A DNA stretch of 64,000 bases from an uncultured Gammaproteobacteria bacterium (GTDB lineage Bacteria > Patescibacteriota > Patescibacteriia > UBA9934 > GWF2-40-263), in NCBI GenBank assembly GCA_964402425.1, contig CAYOCD010000004.1, forward strand, positions 3,318-67,317, written 5' to 3'. The notes beneath the pieces are model-generated. The model made no database searches. It saw only the letters and a program-made list of their open reading frames with translations, and was not told the origin of the DNA. Of the stretch, positions 41,501 to 50,042 are shown one piece after another. Numbering within the stretch: position 1 is the stretch's first letter; each line of letters begins with the position of its first letter. The position numbers and the translations under genes are program-made.

Positions 41501-42450
41501 AAAAATAATTCAACGTGTTTAACAGCATCTTTTGGTTGCACCACCCACTCAATACGTTCATCTCGCTTAAACCACGTCATTTGTCGTTTAGCATAGTGTC
41601 GCGTATCTTTTTTTATTTCCTCAATCGCCTCTTTCAATGAAGATCGTCCTTCAAGAAATTCACAAACTTGTCGATAGCCGATTCCGGTCATGCTTTCAAT
41701 AGCACAACTATATTTCTGTTTAAGCGATCGCACTTCTGTTACAAGCTCATGTGCAATCATCTCATCTACACGATCATTGATACGCTCATACAAAACATTG
41801 CGCTCAACAGACAACCCAATTTGCAAAACGTTGTACTTCGAGACACCGCGTGTTTGTAATTGTGAAAATGGTTTGCCTGTGAGAAGTGTTACTTCGAGCG
41901 CGCGCACCAAACGACGTTTGTTGTCGCGATCAATTTGTTCCGCGCCAATCGGATCCAACTTTTTATATTCATGAAATAAATCTCCAAGAGATTTTTCTTC
42001 GAGCTCGGCTCGAAGCTTCTCATCTGCTGGCGTTGAAGAAAGATCGAGGTTATCGATCACGGCCGAAAGCCACAAACCTGTTCCACCAACAAGGATTGGC
42101 ACATGTTTACGCTTCACAATCTCCGCAATCTTTTTCTCTGCGTAGGCTTTAAATTGGGCGACAGAATAGTCTTGATCTGGATCAACAAGATCAATTCCCC
42201 AGTGCGGAACCCCTTCCACAAAAAACTCTTTACGGGCACCAAACAACTGATCGATGCGCCCACCCATCTCAATCTCTCCTATTTTCCATTCTCCTTCCGG
42301 CTTAGCTGTTCCAACATCCATCCCTTTATAAATCATCCGAGAATCCACAGAAATCACCTCGCCACCAAATTGTTTTGCAATCTCAATTCCAAGCGCAGTT
42401 TTCCCGCTCGCGGTTGGTCCCAAAATGGCGATGAGTTTTGGTAATGGCAT
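41494..42450 (-). CDS. miaA: tRNA dimethylallyltransferase
   Basis: P-loop GPTASGKT and full MiaA homology. The track ORF extends to 42534 through a family-2 repeat fragment; start chosen at MPLPKL. Confidence 0.9.
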   Translation of the reverse strand: MPLPKLIAILGPTASGKTALGIEIAKQFGGEVISVDSRMIYKGMDVGTAKPEGEWKIGEIEMGGRIDQLFGARKEFFVEGVPHWGIDLVDPDQDYSVAQFKAYAEKKIAEIVKRKHVPILVGGTGLWLSAVIDNLDLSSTPADEKLRAELEEKSLGDLFHEYKKLDPIGAEQIDRDNKRRLVRALEVTLLTGKPFSQLQTRGVSKYNVLQIGLSVERNVLYERINDRVDEMIAHELVTEVRSLKQKYSCAIESMTGIGYRQVCEFLEGRSSLKEAIEEIKKDTRHYAKRQMTWFKRDERIEWVVQPKDAVKHVELFLK

Positions 42451-42500
42451 ACGTTTATTTCTCGACCTTGTAGAGAGACTCTTGTAGGCTTTCGACAAGC

Positions 42501-43988
42501 TCAAGCAATAGATATTTGTCCTTCCAATATCCACGTTTCTGCTTTTGTTATTTTAACATTCACGATCTCTCCCACCAATTCTTTTCCCCCAACAAATGTC
42601 ACAAGTTTCATTTCGCGAGAGTTTCCAAAACACATTCCAGGCTGTTTCTTAAGCGTCTCTTGAATCTTTTCCGGCATCTTAAGCATTTCATCCGTAATCT
42701 TTGGCGCCTCATGTCTTTCGACAAGCACACTCACAATCTCGCCCACATACTGTTGATTTTTTTTACGTACAACATCTTCCATCACGGCTTGTAATTCATT
42801 CCAACGGCGTTTCTTTTCTTCTTGTGTGACATCATCTTTAAACGCACGCTTTGCCGCTGTGCCTGATCGTTCAGAATAGCGCGCATTGTAGCCGATATCG
42901 AATTTGATATCTCGATACATATCGATCGTCTTTTGAAATTGCTCTGGTGATTCGCCTGAGAATCCAACAATGATGTCCGTACCAATCGCGAGGTTTGGAA
43001 TTTTTGCTCGCAGTCGATCAACAACTTCATGAAACTGTTCGATGGTGTAACGACGATTCATGCGGCGAAGAACTTCATTGTCACCTGCCTGAACCGGAAG
43101 ATGAATAAAGTTTACGTGTGCAGGAAGCGTCATTGCATCAATCACTTCATCTGTCATGTGAAGCGGATGTGGTGCGGTAAAGTGTAGTCGTTTGATTTCT
43201 GGAATCTGGTTTACTTCCCAAAGCAATGCGGCAAAGTGGTTTTCTTTCTGGTCATTGCGAGGAGGAGTCATCGACGACGAAGCAATCTTCGCGTTCGCGG
43301 GGAAAGATTGCTTCGCTGCGCTCGCAATGACAAAAGGATTCCCCACCGAAAAATTCTCCGCATCAGGTGCAAGATAACTATTCACCGTTTGTCCAAGCAA
43401 TGTCACTTCAATACATCCATGTGCGGCAAGATCACGAACCTCATCGAGAATATCTTTCACAGATCGGTTCTTCTCAAGCCCACGCGCAAATGGAACAACA
43501 CAATACGTACAAAACTTATTGCATCCGGTCTGGATAGAGACAAACGCCTGACGAACAGATCGGCGCTCTGGATTAATTTTGAGATAGTCTTCAATCAAAT
43601 CCGTACTGTTCACAAGGTCAGGACGAAGTTCCCCAATCCATCGAGGCAACTGCCCCATATCTGCTGTTGGGAAATACAAATCCACACTCGGAATCTTTTT
43701 ACGAATCACACCATCGCGATCCCGCCCCGCCATGCAACCTGTAATACCAAGAATGAGCTTTGGATTTGTTTCCTTAAGCGCTTCGAATTCATGAACTTTT
43801 CCGAACACACGGTCTTCCGCCTGTTGGCGAACCGAGCATGTATTGATCAAAATCAAATCTGCCTCGGCCGGCATATCGGTCGACACAAACCCAAGCCCAT
43901 GAAGTAAAGCTTCCATGCGCTCCGAATCATTTTTGTTCATCTGACAACCAAATGTGAGGAGATGATATTTTGGTTTTGTATCCAACAT
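42501..43988 (-). CDS. miaB: tRNA-2-methylthio-N6-dimethylallyladenosine synthase (radical-SAM methylthiotransferase) carrying an in-frame repeat-element insertion
   Basis: MTTase N-domain LLTFGCQMN, radical-SAM CNKFCTYC, TRAM C-terminus. There are about 35 extra residues (…FVIASAAKQSFPANAKIASSSMTPPRND…) between the GQTVNSY motif and the next conserved block. Confidence 0.88.
   Translation of the reverse strand: MLDTKPKYHLLTFGCQMNKNDSERMEALLHGLGFVSTDMPAEADLILINTCSVRQQAEDRVFGKVHEFEALKETNPKLILGITGCMAGRDRDGVIRKKIPSVDLYFPTADMGQLPRWIGELRPDLVNSTDLIEDYLKINPERRSVRQAFVSIQTGCNKFCTYCVVPFARGLEKNRSVKDILDEVRDLAAHGCIEVTLLGQTVNSYLAPDAENFSVGNPFVIASAAKQSFPANAKIASSSMTPPRNDQKENHFAALLWEVNQIPEIKRLHFTAPHPLHMTDEVIDAMTLPAHVNFIHLPVQAGDNEVLRRMNRRYTIEQFHEVVDRLRAKIPNLAIGTDIIVGFSGESPEQFQKTIDMYRDIKFDIGYNARYSERSGTAAKRAFKDDVTQEEKKRRWNELQAVMEDVVRKKNQQYVGEIVSVLVERHEAPKITDEMLKMPEKIQETLKKQPGMCFGNSREMKLVTFVGGKELVGEIVNVKITKAETWILEGQISIA
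43251..43332. mobile_element. family 1 palindromic element copy (GTCATTGCGAGG ... GCTCGCAATGACA) inside the miaB reading frame
   Basis: Same TIRs and core as the intergenic copies; on the coding strand it translates in-frame to VIASAAKQSFPANAKIASSSMTPPRND. Confidence 0.8.
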
Positions 43989-44021
43989 AACGATGGGAAG
44001 ATTAACAGAAAAGGCTTATTT

Positions 44022-44034
44022 TGTCATTGCGAAG
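44022..44034. repeat. solo family 1 TIR fragment (TGTCATTGCGAAG)
   Basis: Matches the element terminus; no partner end found nearby. Confidence 0.4.
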
Positions 44035-44099
44035 AACGAAACGGTAAAGTGATCTTTTAGACAAATCGACCAATAAAAAAGACCCCCGAGTAAGGAGTC

Positions 44100-44954
44100 T
44101 TAGGCATGGATCGAAATGCGAGCGATGTGCATGGTATAGCACACAAACTCGAAGCGGAGCGCTATTTCTTCCGTATACATGAGACGGAGCGCATGGGCCG
44201 AAGCCGCCGCCTTAGCAGCATTCTTCGGAAATTTCTCACGATAACGATCGATGCTGTGACGAAGTGCTTCAAGCTCAATATTCTCGAGGTATCCAACCTT
44301 GTCGAACAAGCGGCGAGCTTCATCGCACCGATCTATCGTCCATTTTGTACGTGGCGAAGGAAGCACGCCTTTAACAGCATCGATGTAACTCCGCCGTGTC
44401 AGAAGCTTCTTCTCTACGAGCTCATAGAGGAGCTTATCGATGTCGGGTTTATCAACTGCGGAAGGATCAAGTTGCCTGTACTCACTGTCATTCAGATGAT
44501 CCAACAACTCAGGCTTGTCGCGTGCCGCAACGTAAACAAAGTAAACAAGATCAAGGTGATCACGCACTTGCGCGGGTGTTTTTTTGTCATCCGGATCAGC
44601 GGAGCCGACAACGACAGAAACAAAATCGATCGTTGTCTGAAAGAAGCTCTTCTCTTTATGGAACTCAGCACGAGCTGCATTCAAGAAGACTTGCTCAGAC
44701 TCCCCAAACTTACCATGCTCTATCACAAGGCGAAGCGCACACGCAACACGATCGGCAAGAGCTTCGTCGAACTCAGCCTTTTCAAAAAACTCATCAGCCC
44801 AATCAATCCCATTCGAAAAAGCTTTTGGGAACTGCCCCCAAAATGGATGCTCGAGAACAGCATTGAGAGCTGCGTTTGTCCTATGCTTTCCTTTCTTGAA
44901 GCGACTCGCAGGACTTTCTTTCCGACCACGACTGTATTCTGAATTGCTTGTCAT
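44100..44954 (-). CDS. hypothetical protein (284 aa), function unknown; possible Rx4H (HEPN-like) motif
   Basis: Globular-looking composition and higher GC than the flanks; RLVIEH fits an Rx4H pattern but that is weak evidence. The track ORF (to 45137) has a junk N-terminal extension. Confidence 0.55.
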   Translation of the reverse strand: MTSNSEYSRGRKESPASRFKKGKHRTNAALNAVLEHPFWGQFPKAFSNGIDWADEFFEKAEFDEALADRVACALRLVIEHGKFGESEQVFLNAARAEFHKEKSFFQTTIDFVSVVVGSADPDDKKTPAQVRDHLDLVYFVYVAARDKPELLDHLNDSEYRQLDPSAVDKPDIDKLLYELVEKKLLTRRSYIDAVKGVLPSPRTKWTIDRCDEARRLFDKVGYLENIELEALRHSIDRYREKFPKNAAKAAASAHALRLMYTEEIALRFEFVCYTMHIARISIHA

Positions 44955-45063
44955 TGCCCATTCCTCCCATCTGTTGAACGGCGGCAAAACCGTACTCGAA
45001 ATGAAGCATTTTGTCAATCCAAGCAGAAAGAAAAAAGAACCCTTCTGATAGAGTCCTTGAGAA

Positions 45064-45492
45064 TTACGAGGCTTGTGCACATGGATCTTTTGTTGATTCT
45101 GTGAGCATTGCACAGGCACAAACAAATAAAAGAACATATGCTCTGGATTTGGATTTTGTCAGTACGACCGAAGGAACGTGCTGATTGAGCGTCTGTAAAA
45201 AAAACAGGTTTGCAAACGATTGGCGAAGTTTTTCCTCAAACGAGAGATTACTCGACAATCGCCAAACAGACTCACGTTTTAAATCGCATCCCAATCTTTT
45301 GACAGATTCATCTGAGACAAAATGAGGCTGTTGGTTTGGTACATACGCCAACAACGCACAACTTAGCCATCTAGCAAACTCAAGGGTTCCGCCAAGAGCA
45401 ATCGTGCGCCGTTCTAAGTAATCTACAAAAGCGGGCGCAGCAGAAAAGTGTTTCAGATACTCTCGCCGCACAAGAGATGTCATCGTCCCCAT
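45064..45492 (-). CDS. hypothetical protein (about 140 aa) upstream of the 284-aa gene
   Basis: Co-directional with the 284-aa gene and likely co-transcribed with it; no family recognised. Confidence 0.4.
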   Translation of the reverse strand: MGTMTSLVRREYLKHFSAAPAFVDYLERRTIALGGTLEFARWLSCALLAYVPNQQPHFVSDESVKRLGCDLKRESVWRLSSNLSFEEKLRQSFANLFFLQTLNQHVPSVVLTKSKSRAYVLLFVCACAMLTESTKDPCAQAS

Positions 45493-45575
45493 GATAAACC
45501 CCCTTTGATAGGAACATCGCAGCTTAGCATGGTTTTTGAATTTGTCAACATATCATGCTCAACACCCATGAATTA

Positions 45576-45584
45576 TGGTATAAT
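45576..45584 (+). promoter_or_regulatory. extended -10 promoter TGgTATAAT for the 770-aa gene
   Basis: TGnTATAAT sits 29 nt upstream of the ATG at 45613. Confidence 0.5.
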
Positions 45585-45612
45585 TTTTACAATTCAATCT
45601 AAACACAACTTT

Positions 45613-47925
45613 ATGCCATCAAGCGCCCGACGAGAGCAAGGGGTATACGCTCCAGAACATGAAAACCTTGCTTCTGTTGAAGATCAAAATGCAAGTAAAG
45701 AGCTTGCAAAAATGCAAAAGAAACAAGAAAAAGAACAAACGGCAAACTACGACAAATTCGCTGAGGCGAGTGTTGCACAACTTTCACCAGAAGATCCAGA
45801 TAGAAAAAAAATCTTACAGATGTTTTCAGAACCTTCTGTCAAACAAGAGGTTTTAAAACGTGCCATGCAGATGATTGAAAAGAATCCAAATGCCCTGAAC
45901 GCAATCGTTCAGGAATTATTGGAAAATAAAGATGTTATTTCTGCAAAAATAAATGAACAAAAGAAATCCATCAGAAGTCTTAAAGGTGAAAAAGCCTACT
46001 GGACAGGACAACTGAATAAATTGCCAATGACATCTGAAATCGGTACCAAGATCAAACAAATCGGCAGAAACATCCGAGCCCTCGAACGACAAATTCGCAA
46101 TGTAGAAAAAACACCATTCGATATTGAAAGTAAACTCATAGATGGAACAACCATTTCTAGTTTAGAAGTGCTCCACGCACCAGCATCCAACAGAGACGAT
46201 GACGAAGAGTTTGATGCAGGATCAATGGATATAAAAGATGCAACCCCCGTTCCATTATCTGAAATGCGTGGCACTCCAACAATTCTTGCAACAGATGAGC
46301 TGTCAGATTCTGTAAGCAATAACGTGTTTGAAACGATTAACGAAATGCCAACAACATCAGAACTGAAAGCAGCAAAGGTGACAGACGAGGAACAAGACGT
46401 TGATTCTAGCAAACAAACAGCCATAGAAAAAACCAAGCTGAGCAAACCTTCTCTTTCTACATCTAGAGTAGAATCGATAACACTCCAAGAAGCGGCAATA
46501 GCCCGTGTGGCAGCACGTAGAGAAAATCAAACAAACCACGCACGTGAAATGGACACAATTGCACCACCTGATATCGCCGGTGCAGGAATGCAGCCTTCAA
46601 AAGGACAAGAACGTGTTGATATGCCGGTTATAACGCCGGACATGCTTGCGAATCCAGAAGCTGCTGAAAATGAACAAGCACGACTCTTTAAGGAATATCT
46701 AAGCACGCTCACAGATGAGGAACATGGCAGACAATGGATAAATCGTGATGAAAGTGGTTATGAAGCTTGGCTTAAACAAAGAAAAGCCGTCAATAATCCA
46801 ACAGATGCATCACAACGTCGTGTTGAGATGCCGGTAGTAACGCCAGACATGCTTGCAGATCAGTCAGACCAACAGCCACCCACTTCAGAAAACAACGTGC
46901 GTGAAATGCCGATCATAAAATCATCGTATGAAGCGCCACTCATTCAACGTGATGCAAACGTTGAGCGCACCCAATTTCTTGAACGTAAAGCAAATGTGGG
47001 AGGCGTAAAACTTGAGGTGTATAGAACAGATGGACAATACGTGATTGAACTTTCTGATGGCACAAAAGTCGATGTTGGGGACAACAAAGAATTCGCAGAA
47101 GAAATGTTCAATTTTGCAATGGTTCAAGCAGGTGTTCCAGAACTCAGAAACCCAAGCAAACTCGCAGAAGTTTTGGACTTTTATGTTGAAAAAGAACAAA
47201 ATACAAAGAATGATGTACGTGAGATGCCGATCATTCAACCAATAAGTCGTTTTGGGGACATGCCCAAGTTTGGTGAATGGATTGCGGGTGGAGAAAAACC
47301 AGGGGCGAAAGAACTCTCTATCGAAGAACACACCCAAAAAATCATGGATGAAAAAGCGGAAGCGGGCAAACCTTTTTCCTTCATAGATGCACAGAACCAA
47401 GCAAGAGCGGAAGGCTTAGGAGACCTGAAAAGAGAATTAGGAATCGATCGTCCGAAAGATGAAATGGTCGCTCCTGAGTTACCTCTCCCTGGATCTGAAT
47501 CATGGAACCAACCAGGCGCAGATCAAATGACACAAAATACAGAATTCTCACGTCAAATTGACACAATCGCTTCGGAAACTTCAACAATTGATCTCGCGCG
47601 AGAAATCGGAGATCCGATGCACACAGCAGAAACGATCGCGTTCAACAAAGCAATTTTCAACGGACTTTCTGCTGAAAATCGATTAAGTAACGGACTTCCG
47701 GCAACATGGGAAGAAGTTACAAATCCAAAAATTGGATTCCTTAGTCGTCTTACGGGCGGAAAAAATCGTACACGAAAAGATTTATTGGATAAAATCAATA
47801 AACTCCAAGGTCAATTTGTAACAACAGGAAAAGAAGGAGCAAGAACGGTAAGTAATGCAGCTGATACAGCAAGAACACGTACAGAAAAAGCCTATCAAGA
47901 CAAAGGACCACAAGGTTTGGTTTAA
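45613..47925 (+). CDS. large acidic hypothetical protein (770 aa) with internal R(V/E)(D/E)MP(V/I)(I/V)TPDMLA-like repeats
   Basis: Start chosen at MPSSARREQ. The repeats are QERVDMPVITPDMLANPEAAENEQ, QRRVEMPVVTPDMLADQSDQQ, NVREMPIIKSSYEAP, NDVREMPIIQPISRFGDMPKF and REMDTIAPPDIA. No TM or signal peptide; no family recognised. Confidence 0.65.
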   Translation: MPSSARREQGVYAPEHENLASVEDQNASKELAKMQKKQEKEQTANYDKFAEASVAQLSPEDPDRKKILQMFSEPSVKQEVLKRAMQMIEKNPNALNAIVQELLENKDVISAKINEQKKSIRSLKGEKAYWTGQLNKLPMTSEIGTKIKQIGRNIRALERQIRNVEKTPFDIESKLIDGTTISSLEVLHAPASNRDDDEEFDAGSMDIKDATPVPLSEMRGTPTILATDELSDSVSNNVFETINEMPTTSELKAAKVTDEEQDVDSSKQTAIEKTKLSKPSLSTSRVESITLQEAAIARVAARRENQTNHAREMDTIAPPDIAGAGMQPSKGQERVDMPVITPDMLANPEAAENEQARLFKEYLSTLTDEEHGRQWINRDESGYEAWLKQRKAVNNPTDASQRRVEMPVVTPDMLADQSDQQPPTSENNVREMPIIKSSYEAPLIQRDANVERTQFLERKANVGGVKLEVYRTDGQYVIELSDGTKVDVGDNKEFAEEMFNFAMVQAGVPELRNPSKLAEVLDFYVEKEQNTKNDVREMPIIQPISRFGDMPKFGEWIAGGEKPGAKELSIEEHTQKIMDEKAEAGKPFSFIDAQNQARAEGLGDLKRELGIDRPKDEMVAPELPLPGSESWNQPGADQMTQNTEFSRQIDTIASETSTIDLAREIGDPMHTAETIAFNKAIFNGLSAENRLSNGLPATWEEVTNPKIGFLSRLTGGKNRTRKDLLDKINKLQGQFVTTGKEGARTVSNAADTARTRTEKAYQDKGPQGLV

Positions 47926-47962
47926 ATAAAAAATACACCCACTTGGGTGTATTTTTTATTTA
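47926..47962. terminator. bidirectional terminator (aatacacccacttgggtgtatt)
   Basis: Stem with flanking A- and T-runs between convergent genes. Confidence 0.8.
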
Positions 47963-49705
47963 AACGATTGGAAACTTTGACGCATCAACAGCCTTTGCAA
48001 TAAGTTCGCTTGCGGCAATCATAATGTCTTCTGTTTGTCCGAAGACGTTTACTTTGAAGTCTCCCCCGTCCACTTCTTTCTGTCCGATCACGATCGTCCA
48101 TGGCACTTTCATGGTTGCAGCATCGCGAATTTTCTTTCCGACTTTCTCATTTGAGTCGTCGAGCTCGGCGCGTACTCCGGCTTCGACAAGCTCAGCCAGT
48201 ATTGTTTCCGCGAACGGAATGAATGCTTCACTTACAGTTGCGATGCGCACTTGCGCAGGTGCGAGCCAGAACGGAAAGGCACCGGCGTAATGTTCGATGA
48301 GAACTCCCATGAATCGTTCGACACTTCCGAGAATGGCGCGGTGAATCATGACTGGGCGCTTGATTTGGCCATCTGCATCATGGAACTCTAATTCAAAGCG
48401 CTCTGGAAGGTTAAAATCGAGCTGAACCGTTGCTAATTGCCAATCTCGTCCGATTGCATCTGTTGCAATAAAATCGATCTTTGGTCCATAAAACGCTGCT
48501 TCACCAACACCGAGTTCAAAGTCGCGACCAAGCTCGGTCAACATGTCTTTGAGTGCTGCCACCGCTTTTGTCCAAACCTCTGCCCCACCAAGATATTTCT
48601 CTGGATGTTCTGGATCATCGACGGATAAACGGATGCGAAGTGGCATGCCGAATGCTGCGTAAAATTTTGTGATGATGTCGTAGATCTTCAATACTTCTTC
48701 TTTCACTTGATCTGGGCGAGCAAATACGTGTGCATCGTCCTGTGTGATGGATCGAACACGTGTGAGGCCGGCGAGTTGTCCTGTGTTCTCATCGCGATAC
48801 ACCGTTGTTGCCTCCGCGAAGCGCAACGGCAAATCGCGATAGCTGCGCATCTTGGACGCATAAATTTGCGTGTGATGCGGACAATTCATTGGCTTTAAGA
48901 CAAATTGATCATCGGTCTTTTTACTTGTGACATGAAAAATATCGTCCGCAAATTTGTCCCAGTGACCAGATGTTTTGTAGAGATCGGATTTTGCGATGTG
49001 CGGAATCCACACACGAGAATATTTGTGCGGTTTCATGAGCGCAGTCACAAATCCGGTGAGTGCCTCACGCATGGCGGTTCCGCGCGGAGTGAACATCGGG
49101 AGTCCGGATCCGACGAGCGGTGAATAGGTAAAGAGTTCGAGCTCAGCTCCCAATTTGCGATGATCACGCTTCTTTGCTTCTTCAAGCATCAAAAGGTGCG
49201 CATCGAGTTCCTCTTTCGTTGCAAAAGCCAAACCGTAAATACGTGTCAGCATTTGATTCTTCTCATCTCCGCGCCAATACGCCCCTGCAACTTTCGACAA
49301 TTGAAACGACTCAGGATCCACATCAGAAATTCCTTCATCATGCCCACCACGACAAAGATCTTTAAATGAACCGGATTTGTAGAATGTAAGCGTTTGCCCT
49401 TCTCCAGAAAATTGTTCGATGAGTTCGAGCTTGTATGGATTTGATGAAAACACATTCTTTGCTTCATCCACAGAAACTTCTTCACGATCAAATTTATTCC
49501 ATGATGGAAGAATCTCTCTCATCTTTGTTTGAATCTTTGGAAGATCTTCTTCTGTGATTTGTTTTGAAAATTCGAAATCATAATAAAACCCATCATCAAT
49601 GGCTGGACCAATGGTGCGTTTGGTATCTGGCCAAAGCTCCATAACGGCTGCCGCAAGCAAGTGCGCAAGCGAATGCCTGCGATGTTCTAGTTGATCTTGT
49701 GTCAT
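47960..49705 (-). CDS. thrS: threonyl-tRNA synthetase
   Basis: Class II aaRS core plus anticodon-binding domain. The track start (49720, MTQT...) lies in the repeat TIR; the likely true start is MTQDQLEH at 49705. Confidence 0.9.
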   Translation of the reverse strand: MTQDQLEHRRHSLAHLLAAAVMELWPDTKRTIGPAIDDGFYYDFEFSKQITEEDLPKIQTKMREILPSWNKFDREEVSVDEAKNVFSSNPYKLELIEQFSGEGQTLTFYKSGSFKDLCRGGHDEGISDVDPESFQLSKVAGAYWRGDEKNQMLTRIYGLAFATKEELDAHLLMLEEAKKRDHRKLGAELELFTYSPLVGSGLPMFTPRGTAMREALTGFVTALMKPHKYSRVWIPHIAKSDLYKTSGHWDKFADDIFHVTSKKTDDQFVLKPMNCPHHTQIYASKMRSYRDLPLRFAEATTVYRDENTGQLAGLTRVRSITQDDAHVFARPDQVKEEVLKIYDIITKFYAAFGMPLRIRLSVDDPEHPEKYLGGAEVWTKAVAALKDMLTELGRDFELGVGEAAFYGPKIDFIATDAIGRDWQLATVQLDFNLPERFELEFHDADGQIKRPVMIHRAILGSVERFMGVLIEHYAGAFPFWLAPAQVRIATVSEAFIPFAETILAELVEAGVRAELDDSNEKVGKKIRDAATMKVPWTIVIGQKEVDGGDFKVNVFGQTEDIMIAASELIAKAVDASKFPIV

Positions 49706-49713
49706 ATGCGTTT

Positions 49714-49782
49714 GTGTCATCCTGAGCAGAGCGAAGGATCTCGTGTTAAAAGAAGAGATTCTTCACTGCGTTCAGAATGACA
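49714..49782. mobile_element. family 1 palindromic element (TGTCATCCTGAGC ... GTTCAGAATGACA)
   Basis: TIRs plus a cgaaggatctcgtgtt core; abuts the thrS start. Confidence 0.75.
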
Positions 49783-49784
49783 GG

Positions 49785-49825
49785 AAATAAAAAACCCGAT
49801 TCATCTTAATTAAGTTGAATCGGGA
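49785..49825 (-). terminator. rho-independent terminator (cccgattcatcttaattaagttgaatcggg with a T-run on the minus reading)
   Basis: 10-bp stem; it lies about 200 nt downstream of the 406-aa gene's stop. Confidence 0.65.
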
Positions 49826-50042
49826 TCCATGCAAAAATTGACGGACGGTTCCACCCGAATTGTTGATGCGTTTTCTCTCGCGATCAACCGCTCTTTTGAA
49901 TCAGGATGCTCCAAAGGTTGTACATGTTTATTTGTTGCCTCGAGAACTCACAGCCAAGGTTCTCAATCTCTTTTGGGCAAAGAAACACGCGTGTCCTTCT
50001 TCATTGCCTTTTAAGAATAACTTCCCTGCCATGATCCGTCAA

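Noticed and set aside
43236-43907. 223-aa plus-strand ORF
   Set aside because: It is antisense to miaB and is R/H/C-rich.
44106-44942. 278-aa plus-strand ORF opposite the 284-aa hypothetical gene
   Set aside because: The minus-strand product has balanced, globular-like composition. The plus-strand product is R/C/F-rich and looks like antisense noise. Strand choice still deserves a check.
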